Below, one piece after another: positions 9,758 through 20,557 of a stretch of 64,000 nt of DNA. The stretch covers positions 46,063-110,062 of the forward strand of contig JAUCBJ010007525.1 of the NCBI GenBank assembly GCA_032718475.1, written 5' to 3'. The DNA is from Nemertoderma westbladi. Lineage: Eukaryota > Animalia > Xenacoelomorpha. Positions within the stretch are counted from its first letter, which is position 1, and the number at the start of each line of letters is the position of its first letter. The notes below the pieces were generated by a model. It had not been told where the DNA came from and searched no databases. It worked only from the letters and a program-made list of their open reading frames with translations. Both the position numbers and the translations under genes were made by a program.

Positions 9758-10357
9758 ATGGATAATATTATTTTTGTTGATTTTCAATATTATAAGATAG
9801 ACAATAAAGAGTATCCGGTAGTATTTAAAGAATTTGCTATTTTCGATTCTAATTACACCAAAACTAATATAAAGACGTTTTTAATTAAAGGCCCACCTAA
9901 TATTAAATTATCAGCATTAGATGCAGCCCACGTAAACAATTTACGGGATATGACTTCTCACTTGCCCTGGAACTATGGAGACATTTCGCAAGACGACTTT
10001 AAAAAATATATGAAGAGACATTTAAAATATAAAAAAAATATTCATGTATTTGGGTTGATGAAGCGGGCAATATTAGTTTCCCAACTCGATGTTCTCGAGC
10101 CAAATTCGGTGGAGAAATTGGGAATATATAAGCAATATCATGATTATTTAACGCCTTGTCGATTTCACGACCGATTCACTACAGTGGAAAGTAAATGCAC
10201 GTTCCACTTAAACATAAGGGATAACTGTCTGCGATACTGCTCAGCAAAACACGTTGGGGGGTTTGAGGCTCTACACTTTTTCATGAGAAAGCGTTTAACT
10301 GCGACTGATGATGATGATAAACAGAAAGAAATAACTGCGGTGGAAGATGTACTGTAG
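9758..10357 (+). CDS. DEDD/Maelstrom-like nuclease-fold protein
   Basis: IIFVDFQ...FKEFAIF N-terminal strands, SHLPW, and C-terminal CTFH...YCS candidate Zn site. Confidence 0.55.
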   Translation: MDNIIFVDFQYYKIDNKEYPVVFKEFAIFDSNYTKTNIKTFLIKGPPNIKLSALDAAHVNNLRDMTSHLPWNYGDISQDDFKKYMKRHLKYKKNIHVFGLMKRAILVSQLDVLEPNSVEKLGIYKQYHDYLTPCRFHDRFTTVESKCTFHLNIRDNCLRYCSAKHVGGFEALHFFMRKRLTATDDDDKQKEITAVEDVL

Positions 10358-10724
10358 GTTTACTCTAAGCATGTAATGTGATGGGATAATATAATTTTAT
10401 TTTGGTGATGATCTTGATGTTAATATAAAAATATAATAAAATATAATTTTTTTTACAACAAGTTCTCTAAAAGAGTCAATCGTGGTAGGTTAACCATGCA
10501 CATTTAACAATATGACGTAGACGTAACATGTACAGTAAGTATTCTCGATATCGTTCTAATATAGATATACTGGTATTGCGAAACATCCTATACATCGCAA
10601 ACTAATAACACATACAGTAGTTGACTAGTAATATTAGTCAGAAATGCAACATAAACTGTATAGGATGTAGTGTTAACCTGTTGGTACCGGTACTGATAAA
10701 TTCAATAATTTATTATAAGCCTAA

Positions 10725-11510
10725 CCACAACTGTCATCCGCTTTATCAGTACCGGTAGTGTTTTACTCTTCCAACACTGTAGTCACAGTCTACTGGTATC
10801 AGTACAGCAGTAATCTGAAGCAATAGCATACTGCTGACATGATCTGGATTACACGCAGGAGTCTCTCATATAGGGATTAGATCACCTATCCAAACAATAC
10901 AGTACTGCAGTACTGTCGTTGTTCTTGATGTAACAGCATAATCAGATAGAGCATACTGATTTCCTTTGATTAGCATTGTACCGCAGTACCAGTACTACAG
11001 TATTAATGTAACAGTACCCGCAGTAACAAACTAGGCTAATGTATACAATATCGTGAGTCAGTTACAATCAGATGTGTACGCAGTCAGCCACACTGCGAGG
11101 GATGTGGTCAACCTCGCAACTCCTATCCACAACTGTCATCCATTTTATCAGTAGAGCAGTAATCTGATGTAATAACATTTGTTTTTTTTTTCAACTATAA
11201 GGATACTGCTGTCTACCCAACCTTGATTAGCATACTGCTGTCATAACCTAGAAGGGACGCGTAGCTCTCACATATAGGGATTAGATCACCTACCCAAACA
11301 ATATAGTACTGCAGTACTGTCGCTGTTCTTGATGTAACAGTATAGTCAGATAGAGCATGCTGATTTCCTTTAATTAGCATTGTACTGCAGTACGGTACCG
11401 GTACCACAGTATTAATGTAACAGTACCCGCAGTAACAAACTGAGTCAATGTATACATTATCGTGAGCCAGTTACAATCGGATGTGCGCGCAGTCAGCCAC
11501 ACTGCTGGGA
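10725..11510. repeat. Diverged direct duplication (~370-400 bp) in the Polinton intergenic region
   Basis: Blocks ccacaactgtcatcc ... gggattagatcaccta ... cagtcagccacactgc occur at ~10725-11098 and ~11127-11505. Confidence 0.8.
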
Positions 11511-11544
11511 AACGATCCACCTTGCAGCTGTCTAGCCACCCTCA

Positions 11545-11690
11545 CAGTCAGCCTCGCGGCACGCAGTCAACCTCGCAGTCAGCCTCGCGGCATGCAGTCA
11601 GCCTCGCGGCACGCAGTCAGCCTCGTGGTCAGTCATGTAGTCAGCCTCGCGGCACGCAGCCAGCCACGCAGCTAGGCACGTAGTCAACCC
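11545..11690. repeat. GC-rich ~19-bp tandem repeat (CAGTCAGCCTCGCGGCACG)
   Basis: Several full and partial copies seen directly. Confidence 0.85.
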
Positions 11691-11781
11691 GTGAGAGTCA
11701 TGCTTATTCAAACGAGGTTAGTTTTCCCTAACTATTGATTGATTGATTGATTGAAAAATAATAATGTTTAATTTTCACCTT

Positions 11782-12327
11782 CTAATCACCAACACCTAAA
11801 GTCACAACACCAAACATTAATAAATAATTAACAAGTTTACTAAATATAGGGTAATAAATGTGAAATTTGCTAGGTGAACACATTAAAGTACATTTACCGG
11901 TATGAAAGCAGCAAATGACTACGGTATTATTTATTCTTATTTTGCAATTATTAAAAATTTCAGGTTCATATATAACTTGAAGTTGCACATTATCAAAGAC
12001 AACATAAAACCCTGTATTGTTTATCAATAACCTATAGACTACAGACTTAATACTAAAAATATAAGTACATAAATTAACAGATTTTAAAATCAAATTAATA
12101 CTAGTTTTATCAAATATATGTTTTTTTACTTTTTGGAAATTATACTTACTGCCTAATAATGTAATACGACCATTTTTAAATATTAATAATGTGGCACCAA
12201 ATATCTTATATATAAACTGATTTGGTTTGAGTATGTGTTTACCAGATAATTGATTTTTTAATTCTTTCAAATTAATTGCTGACACTTGCTGGCAACTTAC
12301 ATTCTTATTGACTATCTGATAGTTCAT
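11782..12327 (-). CDS. TATA-binding protein (TBP)-like protein, 181 aa
   Basis: Repeat 1: QIVN...INLKEL...ATLLIFKNGRITLLGSK. Repeat 2: YEPEIF...VVICCFHTGKCTL. These parallel TBP core motifs TALIFSSGKMVCTGAK and YEPELF...LLIFVSGKVVL. Confidence 0.75.
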   Translation of the reverse strand: MNYQIVNKNVSCQQVSAINLKELKNQLSGKHILKPNQFIYKIFGATLLIFKNGRITLLGSKYNFQKVKKHIFDKTSINLILKSVNLCTYIFSIKSVVYRLLINNTGFYVVFDNVQLQVIYEPEIFNNCKIRINNTVVICCFHTGKCTLMCSPSKFHIYYPIFSKLVNYLLMFGVVTLGVGD

Positions 12328-15300
12328 TGTTTGGTTCCCGATAAATTGGTATATTGTTTTTTTTCATAGGTTTTTCGACCTTTGTTTGATAGTGACCCCA
12401 GGGAAGCGAATGATTATTATTAACCCAATAAAGTTTATCATCAAATGCGCTGAGAGCAAACTTGTCTCGTGCTATAGTATACACTTTGTGAAATTTACTC
12501 TGAAATTGATGTGTTTCCTTGGAAATTTCTTCGTTATCGTAATATGCCCTCAAATAATCTTCGTGACAAATATTTTTATCCACGACAGCTCTTGTTATTC
12601 CTTTTGCCCGTTGTATATTGGAATCATTCCATTCTAAAATTGAATATAATTTTGGTCTTAAAAATACCGCTTGTTTAATATCTCGTGAGGCTAGTTCGTC
12701 TTTACAGTAATAGAGCCTGGATTTATTTTTATCGCTGTAGAGAGGGTGATCCTTGGGGTAATTGGATGTATCTAGAATATTATTTTTAATTAAGGCTTTT
12801 AAAAAATTATTCTGCGATGTATTATAGTAACAACCCATTAAAGAGTCCGTGTCTGATGCTACAATTTCAATTCGGCAGTTTAATTCTTTCTCAATAGGTA
12901 GCAATTTATCGTAATACAGCTGATACATATCCAATTTAGCCAAGTCCAAGACAGTACTACCTATATAGACCGGCTTATCGAGAGTTACAGAGTCTTTTAC
13001 TAATAAATGTCCCGATAAGGAATCGTTATAAATCATGAAATTTTCATGATTTATTCGTTTGACTAATTGGTCACATTTTTCTTTACTATTAGCGATACGA
13101 AAGTTGCATCGGTCCCTTATCTTCTCTATCGTTTTTCCAAATAAAGAATTGTTCAGCAATTTCGCGACAGCTGTTTCAATATAACTTTTTGCTAGCCGCC
13201 TTTGATTAATATTAAAATCTATATAGGGTTTAAATACAAAGTCTTGATGGAAAGAATATAATTTATGGAGCTTAGTAACAATTAAACCTTGTTTTATATA
13301 AAATTTTAACAGTTTTAAATTTACATGATAGAATTCTTTATCGAATTGTGTCAACATAAGTTTCGGTGCACACATCTTATACTTGCTATTAGTGCCTCTT
13401 TGTTTACAAACATTGTTAAATTGTTCCCTCATATAAGGTGAAAGCATTGTCTCATTTATACTTAAATGTTCTGGAGCTAAGGGTAGTTCTAATGTACGAT
13501 CGTGAATATCTTTGGGATATTTCAAATCGCAAATTAAGAAAAACCCAATATCACCTTCAGTATCAAGATTTGTTAAATATTTTATCAGTTCTTCTGGAGC
13601 AGCATTCTCTAAATATGTAACGTTGACTTGTTCAAAACCTGAAACAGGTAGCTTTTTACTTAAATTACCAGAATACAAGGAATTAAAATCTATATTGAAA
13701 ATATGACACTCTTCCTTGCTTGGATCATAATTATCAGTATCTGGTATATTTGATTCTATGTAATGCTTTCGACAGAATGAAACCCCTCCTCTAATAGATG
13801 CTTCAAAATCTCTATATGATTGGTAATCTTTTATTAATGTTAACTTACATTTATTGTATTTCAGGGCGCAATCATAAGTGAAAGCTGCGATACTGCAATA
13901 ATAAACTACTTCTAATTCGTAGTTTTGTCTACACACTCTCCTAAAGTTCTCAAATATATCAGCGAGGAGACAAAAATCGAGTTTTAAGTATGCTAAAAGA
14001 TAATCCTTGAGATTCACACAGTCAAACTGACTCCATGATGCGTTGGCAAAACTATATTCCTCGGGTGTACAGGTATTTTGTGTTAATTTACTATAAAATT
14101 TGTCTATTGATGGTAATTTCGAATCATTGAATTTATTTAAATCTGTCAGATACTCGTAGGGAAATATACCTTTTCGTTTAATTGTTGCATTATTTAAATT
14201 TGGATAAAAATATTTCATTTGCTGTTCAGTAATTGGTAGAACTGATGTTATATCCTCGCTGTCTATATCCTTTGTTGAACAATCAACTAAAGTACTTAGG
14301 GAAAAGGATAAAAATTGATATGTGTCTAAGACACGTAGCTCGATCTTAGTTTTTTCATCTTTCACTGGTATATGCATGCTTAGTGAAATATACCTTTCAG
14401 AATTTTTAGGGATTACCTTTATATCCCAATCGGAATATTTATTATTGCTAAAACCAACTTGCAAAAGAAAATGCAAATCGTAGAGATTGCAGTTGTGTGC
14501 AGCGAGTATATACATGTGTCGTTTCAACGATAAAGAGCGGTTACATGCGTTACAAGCGGCCGCTATATAGTTACCAGTAATATGTGAGTGATGTTTGTTT
14601 TTCTCAGACTTATCCTTAAATAAAACATTGCAATAAAAGCAAGTTTTAGCTTTCCAAAAACTTAACTTATCTGCATCATTAAGTATCATTCTCTCTCTTG
14701 TGTGGTCTTCCGACCACTTATACTACTACTACTACTAGGATCGGCATGCTGCATTGCAGCTGCATTTTTAAGAATGCTGTGCCGGCTTGTCAACAAAATT
14801 GCACCCCCACAACTCCCTATCACCCATGACATTTGCTAGATCATCCGCATCTTTAAGGCCAGTGTCCTTTAAGATGCGTCTCAAGAAAGTCATGGGCTGT
14901 CCACCATGCTTATTCACTCCATGAGGCTGCCAAAGTACAAGATTATGCACTGGCTGGTCCTCACGGCGAAAGCAATGTCCTGCAAAGCAGACCACTTATA
15001 TAATTGGGTGATGTCATTATATACAGAGTCTAAAAAGTCTTGAATACAGTTGTTGTCGATTGTTTTTGTAAAGGTCTTCAAATAAAATTTTGGTGGATTA
15101 ATTCGGCACTAGGAACAATTAAATAACTTACAGCGCATGGAATATGATTCTGAATAAATTTACTGTTGGTGGCTGGCTCCAAAATAGATTCTATATCAAA
15201 ATATATTACAAACAATGCTGGTAATGTTCTGTCTAAATTTCTAAAGCTAATGTGAGTTCTTTTTTCAGATGGTAGCTTCTCAACTTGACTTTTTCCTCGA

Positions 15301-16601
15301 TAACAAACAAGACGGTGACGTTCTAGAACATCATTGGTGTAGAAAGGCGCCAAACACCGTTCACAATATTTCCTACCACAAGTATGAAGAGCTCTCGTAT
15401 TCATCAAACGATTCAAGTTAGTTATGCAAACATAATGTGATTGTTTACTCGTATTCTTATTTTTTACAAGTAATATATTCAATAACTCTTTATCTGGAGT
15501 GATTTTACTAAATGGTGCCTGTCTTAATATAGATACTCGATTGTTGTTGTAGAGTAATAAATTAATTATATATGCTGAATTCTGTTTTTCAAAAAGTTTA
15601 ATTGCAAGCTGCCATTCTGTTGGATAATCTTTGTTCCCATTGTCAAAAATAAAATGACACATATAATTTTTGTACTGCGAAGTACGATATTTGTTGTTCT
15701 TCACTTTGCTACTAAATTTTGTAGCTATAATTGCCCATTTAAAACAATCATTATCAGCCGTTTGTATATTTATAACACATTTTTTAACTGATAGAGCCTT
15801 AGGTAACTCCATATAACCGTGTCCCTTATATAGTAACGACCTACACTTGGATTCAGCTACTTTAATTTCAACCCTTAATAAAGATTTAACACGCCACCCT
15901 GAGCCACGAGTGTTAAACATGGCTATTTTTTGCATTAATTTTTCTAATACATACTCAAACCATGTGTCAAAACTTTCATGTGAATCTACGGTATTAACTG
16001 CACCACCTGAAGAACTAAAATAGAAAGCTTCTTCTTGATCACCCTCTGAAAAATGTGATCGATACATGAGTATATTCACACCTAGCCAGGGTCTAAGTAC
16101 ATTCATTTCGCTAAGTTTTCCTAATAATAAAGTTTGGATGTGAGGTAGAATTTTAATTAATGATGAATGAATATCAGGAAAATCTTCATCATTTGGAAGA
16201 TTGTAAACATAGATTTCTAAACGGTTATCGTGTGCGGCTCGTTCAATGTTAAAAATTGATGAACCTTGACCAGATTTCAGTCTTTTTCTAGATACGATAG
16301 TATTGTTTTGGTTCCGTTGTGGTGGTGGTCTAACATGATAATAACGTTGGTGACAGTCGTGACGTAAGTAATTCTCATATAAATACTCTTTATTACAAGT
16401 AGGGCAAGTTTTTTCATACACGCAAAACTTCATTTCTTTACATCCTGTAGTCGTTTCATGTCGTTTACATATTTCTTCACGTGAACATTTCACTCGACAA
16501 TTAAAACAATTGTATTCTTCAAAATGAGATTTCACATGTGTTAAATAATTTCGTTTAGAAATTTGAAGAGGACAAAATGGACATTTCAATTGTTTATCCA
16601 T
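12305..16601 (-). pseudogene. polB: Protein-primed family B DNA polymerase (pPolB), disrupted by a frameshift (~15099) and a LINE insertion (14723-14989)
   Basis: N-part 15078-16601 has Zn-finger-like Cys/His clusters and ExoI YFDIES. C-part 12305-14689 has the EndoVII-like CFYC..HSHITG..ACNACN, HNCNLYD, RKGIFPYEY, DFNSLY, KLLNNSLFGK and SDTDS. Removing the insert restores the frame ...DITQL-YKWSEDHTRER-MILND. Confidence 0.93.
14723..14989 (-). mobile_element. 5'-truncated RTE-type LINE 3' end inserted in pPolB
   Basis: TSD GACCACTTATA (14712-14722 and 14990-15000); (TAG)n tail on the minus strand; FAGHCFR...LVLWQP..G...G C-terminal motif; sister copy at 25640-26404. Confidence 0.9.
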
Positions 16602-17159
16602 CTCTTTATTATCCTAAAAACAATTTAAAATTAATATGAATATTGTTATATATATAATCAAAAAAATTCATAAGCTACTCAACACAAATAAAATATAATA
16701 TCTAAACTTTAATTAATTTAATATTTTCAGAATGAGCTCGAATGAATCAGTTGAGCTCTTTATATATATATATATATTTCAAGTTTCTACTTATACCAAC
16801 CAATCATAAATAACAGTTACATTGGAAACTAATATCATAAATAAAGTTGCTTTTACAACTGAATTCTTTATAATAAAATCAAGTCTAAACCAAGATGTGT
16901 ATAATGCGTTTTTAATTTTCATTGATAAAGTAGGTTTTACATGCAAATGTTTTATTATGGTGGTGTAAACTCATGCATTTACATGCGAATGTTTTATTCC
17001 TAATCCCGTGCTCACATTAAATATAAACTATCACCAATATTTACTCAATAAAGTCACCTTTACATGCAAATACTTAATAATAATCACGCTTTGTGATAAA
17101 AAGTTACCTTTACAAGTCAGTGTGAAACTGAAAAAGAAAAGTCTCTAGTTAATAATAAA

Positions 17160-18203
17160 TCAATCTGATACTGTTTTTATATGTTCCTTATTGTAATCTG
17201 CTACCTCTTCACTTGCTTTTGTAACTTTTATTTTCTTTGTAGGTATAGAATCATTGTTGGGAATGGAAGATGTTTGAGATGTAGATCTGCGCTTTCTATC
17301 ACTCGAGGTCTCTTCGATGTATGTCTTTGGATTAAATGTGGATGAAACTACTTCTGGAAATGACTTATTAACCTTAAACTTCCAAGTTGGTGGATATAGA
17401 ATCGCGAAACCGTCTGCTATATCAGTTGATGAAACATTTAACATCATATCGTAGAGAAACTCTATATATGGTATGTCTTTATCGTAATGTAACTGTAAAT
17501 ATTTGCTTTCCTTGTCTGTAATAATTACTTTTTTTTCTTGTACATTTATTTTTACTTTAAGTCGGTCAGATAAAGCTTTATCGTCCGTATCTAGCTCTGA
17601 AAAGACACCTTCGTTACTAATTTCATAATTCCATTCATACCACAATGAATTTACTTCCGATGCTGTTAAGTTAAACCCATTATAATACCTAAGACCAATA
17701 GCATCAGAATATCTAGCTGAAATCTCCCATAGTCCCATATAAGTCGCTCCTTTATATTTGCTTACAAAACCAACAAAAGATGGGTTGGTTAAATTAACAA
17801 CAGAACACTGATTTATTATTTCGAGTGGTGGTGATAACAATTCTAATATTTCTGTCTTACTCTGAAGCAATAAATTAATGAGTGATTTGTTTAGAATTTG
17901 ACATTTGCCTTGCTTCTGAATATATACGTTTTCAGTAATAACACAGGTGGAAATATTTAACTTTCCTCTTGTAAATTCTATATTAGGATAAATATTACCT
18001 CTTGAAACTGGTGATTCCTTTTGTCGGTTGATTAATATTTCTAAGACGTCTAGAAGGTAGAGTGTATCCTGGTAAGAGAAGCACGTTGTTACATTGCTAT
18101 CGCTTGAGAGTAATATAAAGTACTTGCCATAAACAATACTACAGGTATATTTATTAAATGTAAATTTCCAAGTATTGTTTGAAGTTTTTTTAAATAAATC
18201 CAT
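17160..18203 (-). CDS. Polinton hypothetical protein, 347 aa, with possible PC4-like ssDNA-binding domain and basic C-terminal NLS-like stretch
   Basis: Long ATG ORF; FVSKYKGATYMGLWE...GFNLTASEVNSL resembles PC4 VRDFKGKVLIDIRE...GISLNPEQWSQL; DRKRRS and KKIKV near the C-terminus. Confidence 0.6.
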   Translation of the reverse strand: MDLFKKTSNNTWKFTFNKYTCSIVYGKYFILLSSDSNVTTCFSYQDTLYLLDVLEILINRQKESPVSRGNIYPNIEFTRGKLNISTCVITENVYIQKQGKCQILNKSLINLLLQSKTEILELLSPPLEIINQCSVVNLTNPSFVGFVSKYKGATYMGLWEISARYSDAIGLRYYNGFNLTASEVNSLWYEWNYEISNEGVFSELDTDDKALSDRLKVKINVQEKKVIITDKESKYLQLHYDKDIPYIEFLYDMMLNVSSTDIADGFAILYPPTWKFKVNKSFPEVVSSTFNPKTYIEETSSDRKRRSTSQTSSIPNNDSIPTKKIKVTKASEEVADYNKEHIKTVSD

Positions 18204-18642
18204 AATTAGAATGAAAACTATTTTGAAAAATAAAAACTAAATAAATGATTATTAGAATGTAAAACTTCGGTTTATATGCTTGCTTTAATAAAACAGAGTG
18301 ACTTACAGTGAGGAATATAGTTGCTTCGTGTAACAGATGCAACGTGTACAGCTAAATTTATTACATTAGCGTGAGTTAGAGAGTGAAATAGCAGTAACGT
18401 GTAACAGATGCAACGTGATCAATGCTAGCCCTGTCATTCTAACTTATATTCAACTTAGTTGATCGACCAGTTACATCGATAAAAGAAATCGATTATTATT
18501 AATAGTCGAATTAATGTATTCTACGCTATAGTAATTATGTTAAGGAACTAGAAGCTATTTATAAACATCTGCTACCAGTGATGAAGATGAAGAATTCAAT
18601 GACTATGGTATAACTCAGATATTTATCGCCTTTTTCTCTCGA

Positions 18643-18716
18643 GGTTGGATGGAAGAGTGATTGGTGAGTTGTGAGGAGTTATATCGGACCCGGGTTCGAA
18701 CCCTGTTGAATATTTT
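18643..18716 (+). ncRNA. Candidate tRNA-like Pol III transcription unit (A box, B box, T4)
   Basis: TGGAAGAGTGA (18650-18660); GGTTCGAACCC (18693-18703) in a T-arm-like stem; TTTT at 18713-18716; no acceptor stem. Confidence 0.35.
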
Positions 18717-18717
18717 G

Positions 18718-19031
18718 TTATCTGAAAAATTGCAAAATTAAATTTAGTTACTAGTGAAAAATAGCGATTTGAAAAATAATAGAAGTTACCTGATGCTAAG
18801 TGTAGACACCCAAACACCTGTAAAATAAAGGTTGGTGATTGGATGCAGTACTAGCGTTAGGTGACTAATAACGCTTATCTGAAAAATTGCAAAATTAAAT
18901 TTAGTTACTAGTGAAAAATAGCGATTTGAAAAATAATAGAAGTTACCTGATGCTAAGTGTAGACACCCGAACACCTGTAAAATAAAGGTTGGTGATTGGA
19001 TGCAGTACTAGCGTTGGGTGACTAATAACAC
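18718..19031. repeat. 157-bp tandem duplication overlapping the inner part of the right TIR
   Basis: 18718-18874 is repeated at 18875-19031 with few differences. Confidence 0.9.
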
Positions 19032-19225
19032 CTCTAGCGGAATAAGCGGGAACTTGAGAAGTTACCATGGTTACGGATGAAATGCTGACATCTGATTGGT
19101 TGAAATAATAACGACCACTGCAAAAGGTTGAAATGGTGGCTTCTGATTGGCTGCAGTACCAGAAATGGATGGTAATGATGGACTACGGGTGACCTTGGTT
19201 GAGGAACCATGTAATGTATACTACT
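18911..19225 (-). repeat. Polinton right terminal inverted repeat
   Basis: Reverse complement of 903-1217; ends GTATACTACT followed by TSD ACTAGT. Confidence 0.95.
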
Positions 19226-19341
19226 ACTAGTACTTAATAATCCCACCACTGTGACAAGATATATACTGTATATCCAAAGTCTCAGTCTATACCAGCGACA
19301 AGACAGACAAATAAATATTAATGATATTTTTTCTATTCTAT

Positions 19342-20557
19342 TCATCTATTCATTTTCTCGGGGTCGGCTTCTATACAGCCGTGGGACATAATAAATCCAG
19401 CAAACTTTGCCTCATCCTTGGCAAAGTGGAACTTTGCGGGGTTTAAAGTCATCCCGTGTTCCCTGTACCTCTCCAGGATGTTGCAAACACGGTCGACATG
19501 TTGCTCGAGGTTGACATCCTCCACTACGACATCGTCAACTATTTTCTTTACATTGGACAGTCCTTCCAAAGCCATGTCGCCGCGAAAGTTGTAAGAATCT
19601 CCCGTGGATATAAACCCCATTGGGGCGCGGCAGTATCTAAACCGCCCCCATGGTATTAGAAAGGTTGTTAAGTCGCGGGATTCCTCGGCCAGTTCTACTT
19701 GCCAGTAGCCCGATTTCGCATCCAAGGTAGTAAAAACCTTGGCGCCAGGAGTGCGATCCGACTCTACATCGAAAGATGTGTGGGATGGGTAGGCCGTTTA
19801 ACCTGGCAGTTTAATTTAGTTAAGTCGAATGTCATCCGGATTTCATCTGGATTATGCGGTTTATTACAGACGACAATCGGGTGACACCACTCCGTGGGTC
19901 TGTCACCGATACGCTCTATAATCCCTTTACTGAGCATATCATCCAACTCCGCTCGAACCTTCTCGCGATTCGCAAAAGGAATAGGTCGCGCCGCATATAT
20001 ACGAAAAGGAATCACCCCTTCCTTCAACTCTATAACCATTGGTTTACCAAACATTGGTTTTAGTTCTCCTTTGGTTGCAAAAACGTCCGAAAATTCCTCC
20101 ATTAAATTCGATTTAATTTTCTCGAGTTCCTTTAAGTTTGGTTTACTCGCAGCTTCTGTATTCCGCCGAGTATTGGAAACGTTTTTCTCAATTTTATTGC
20201 AGCGCAACGTATGTAATGGAGTTGGGAATTCTTCGTGCACAACGTGTAACCCGAGGCGGCGCTAAGGGAAAGGTAAACTTCTTCCTTTGGAATATCTCTA
20301 CAGATATATACCCACTCGTTATGGGAATGCCCTGCAACCCTCATGGACAGTTTAATTCGGCCCTGGCAGGGCATTCAGGATCCGTTGGCACTGTCAAGAG
20401 GCGCATCTGGCGTCTCGAGGTTGCGGCGCGATATATCTAGTCGTTTTAATGTGCCAATGCCGGCAGCTGTAACTTGCACTCCGGTATCTGCTACGGAAGA
20501 GATATTTCCGAGGTACTCATCCTGACAACCGTAGTAGTCCACTGCTAACAGGGGTCG
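19342..20557 (-). pseudogene. Gypsy pol fragment (protease and RT; truncated before RNase H/integrase)
   Basis: VADTG protease motif (~20480-20495); RT motifs WCHPIVV...IRMTFDLTKLN, DAKSGYWQV, PWGRFRY.RAPMG, VDDVVV; frameshifted across several ORFs. Confidence 0.9.

Larger units (their letters stand above)
903..19225. mobile_element. Complete Polinton/Maverick (adintovirus-like endogenous virus)
   Basis: Starts AGTAGTATAC and ends GTATACTACT; 315-bp TIRs; 6-bp TSD ACTAGT (897-902 and 19226-19231). Encodes pPolB, rve integrase, packaging ATPase, MCP, minor capsid proteins and adenain-like protease. Confidence 0.97.

Noticed and set aside
1400-10620. TACTGTA/TACAGTA motif recurring in Polinton intergenic regions as a viral promoter
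   Set aside because: The same word occurs outside the element (e.g. ~19264, ~56460, ~59365), so it is not element-specific.
18643-18716. Bona fide tRNA gene
   Set aside because: No acceptor or anticodon stem pairing; kept only as a Pol III-like candidate.
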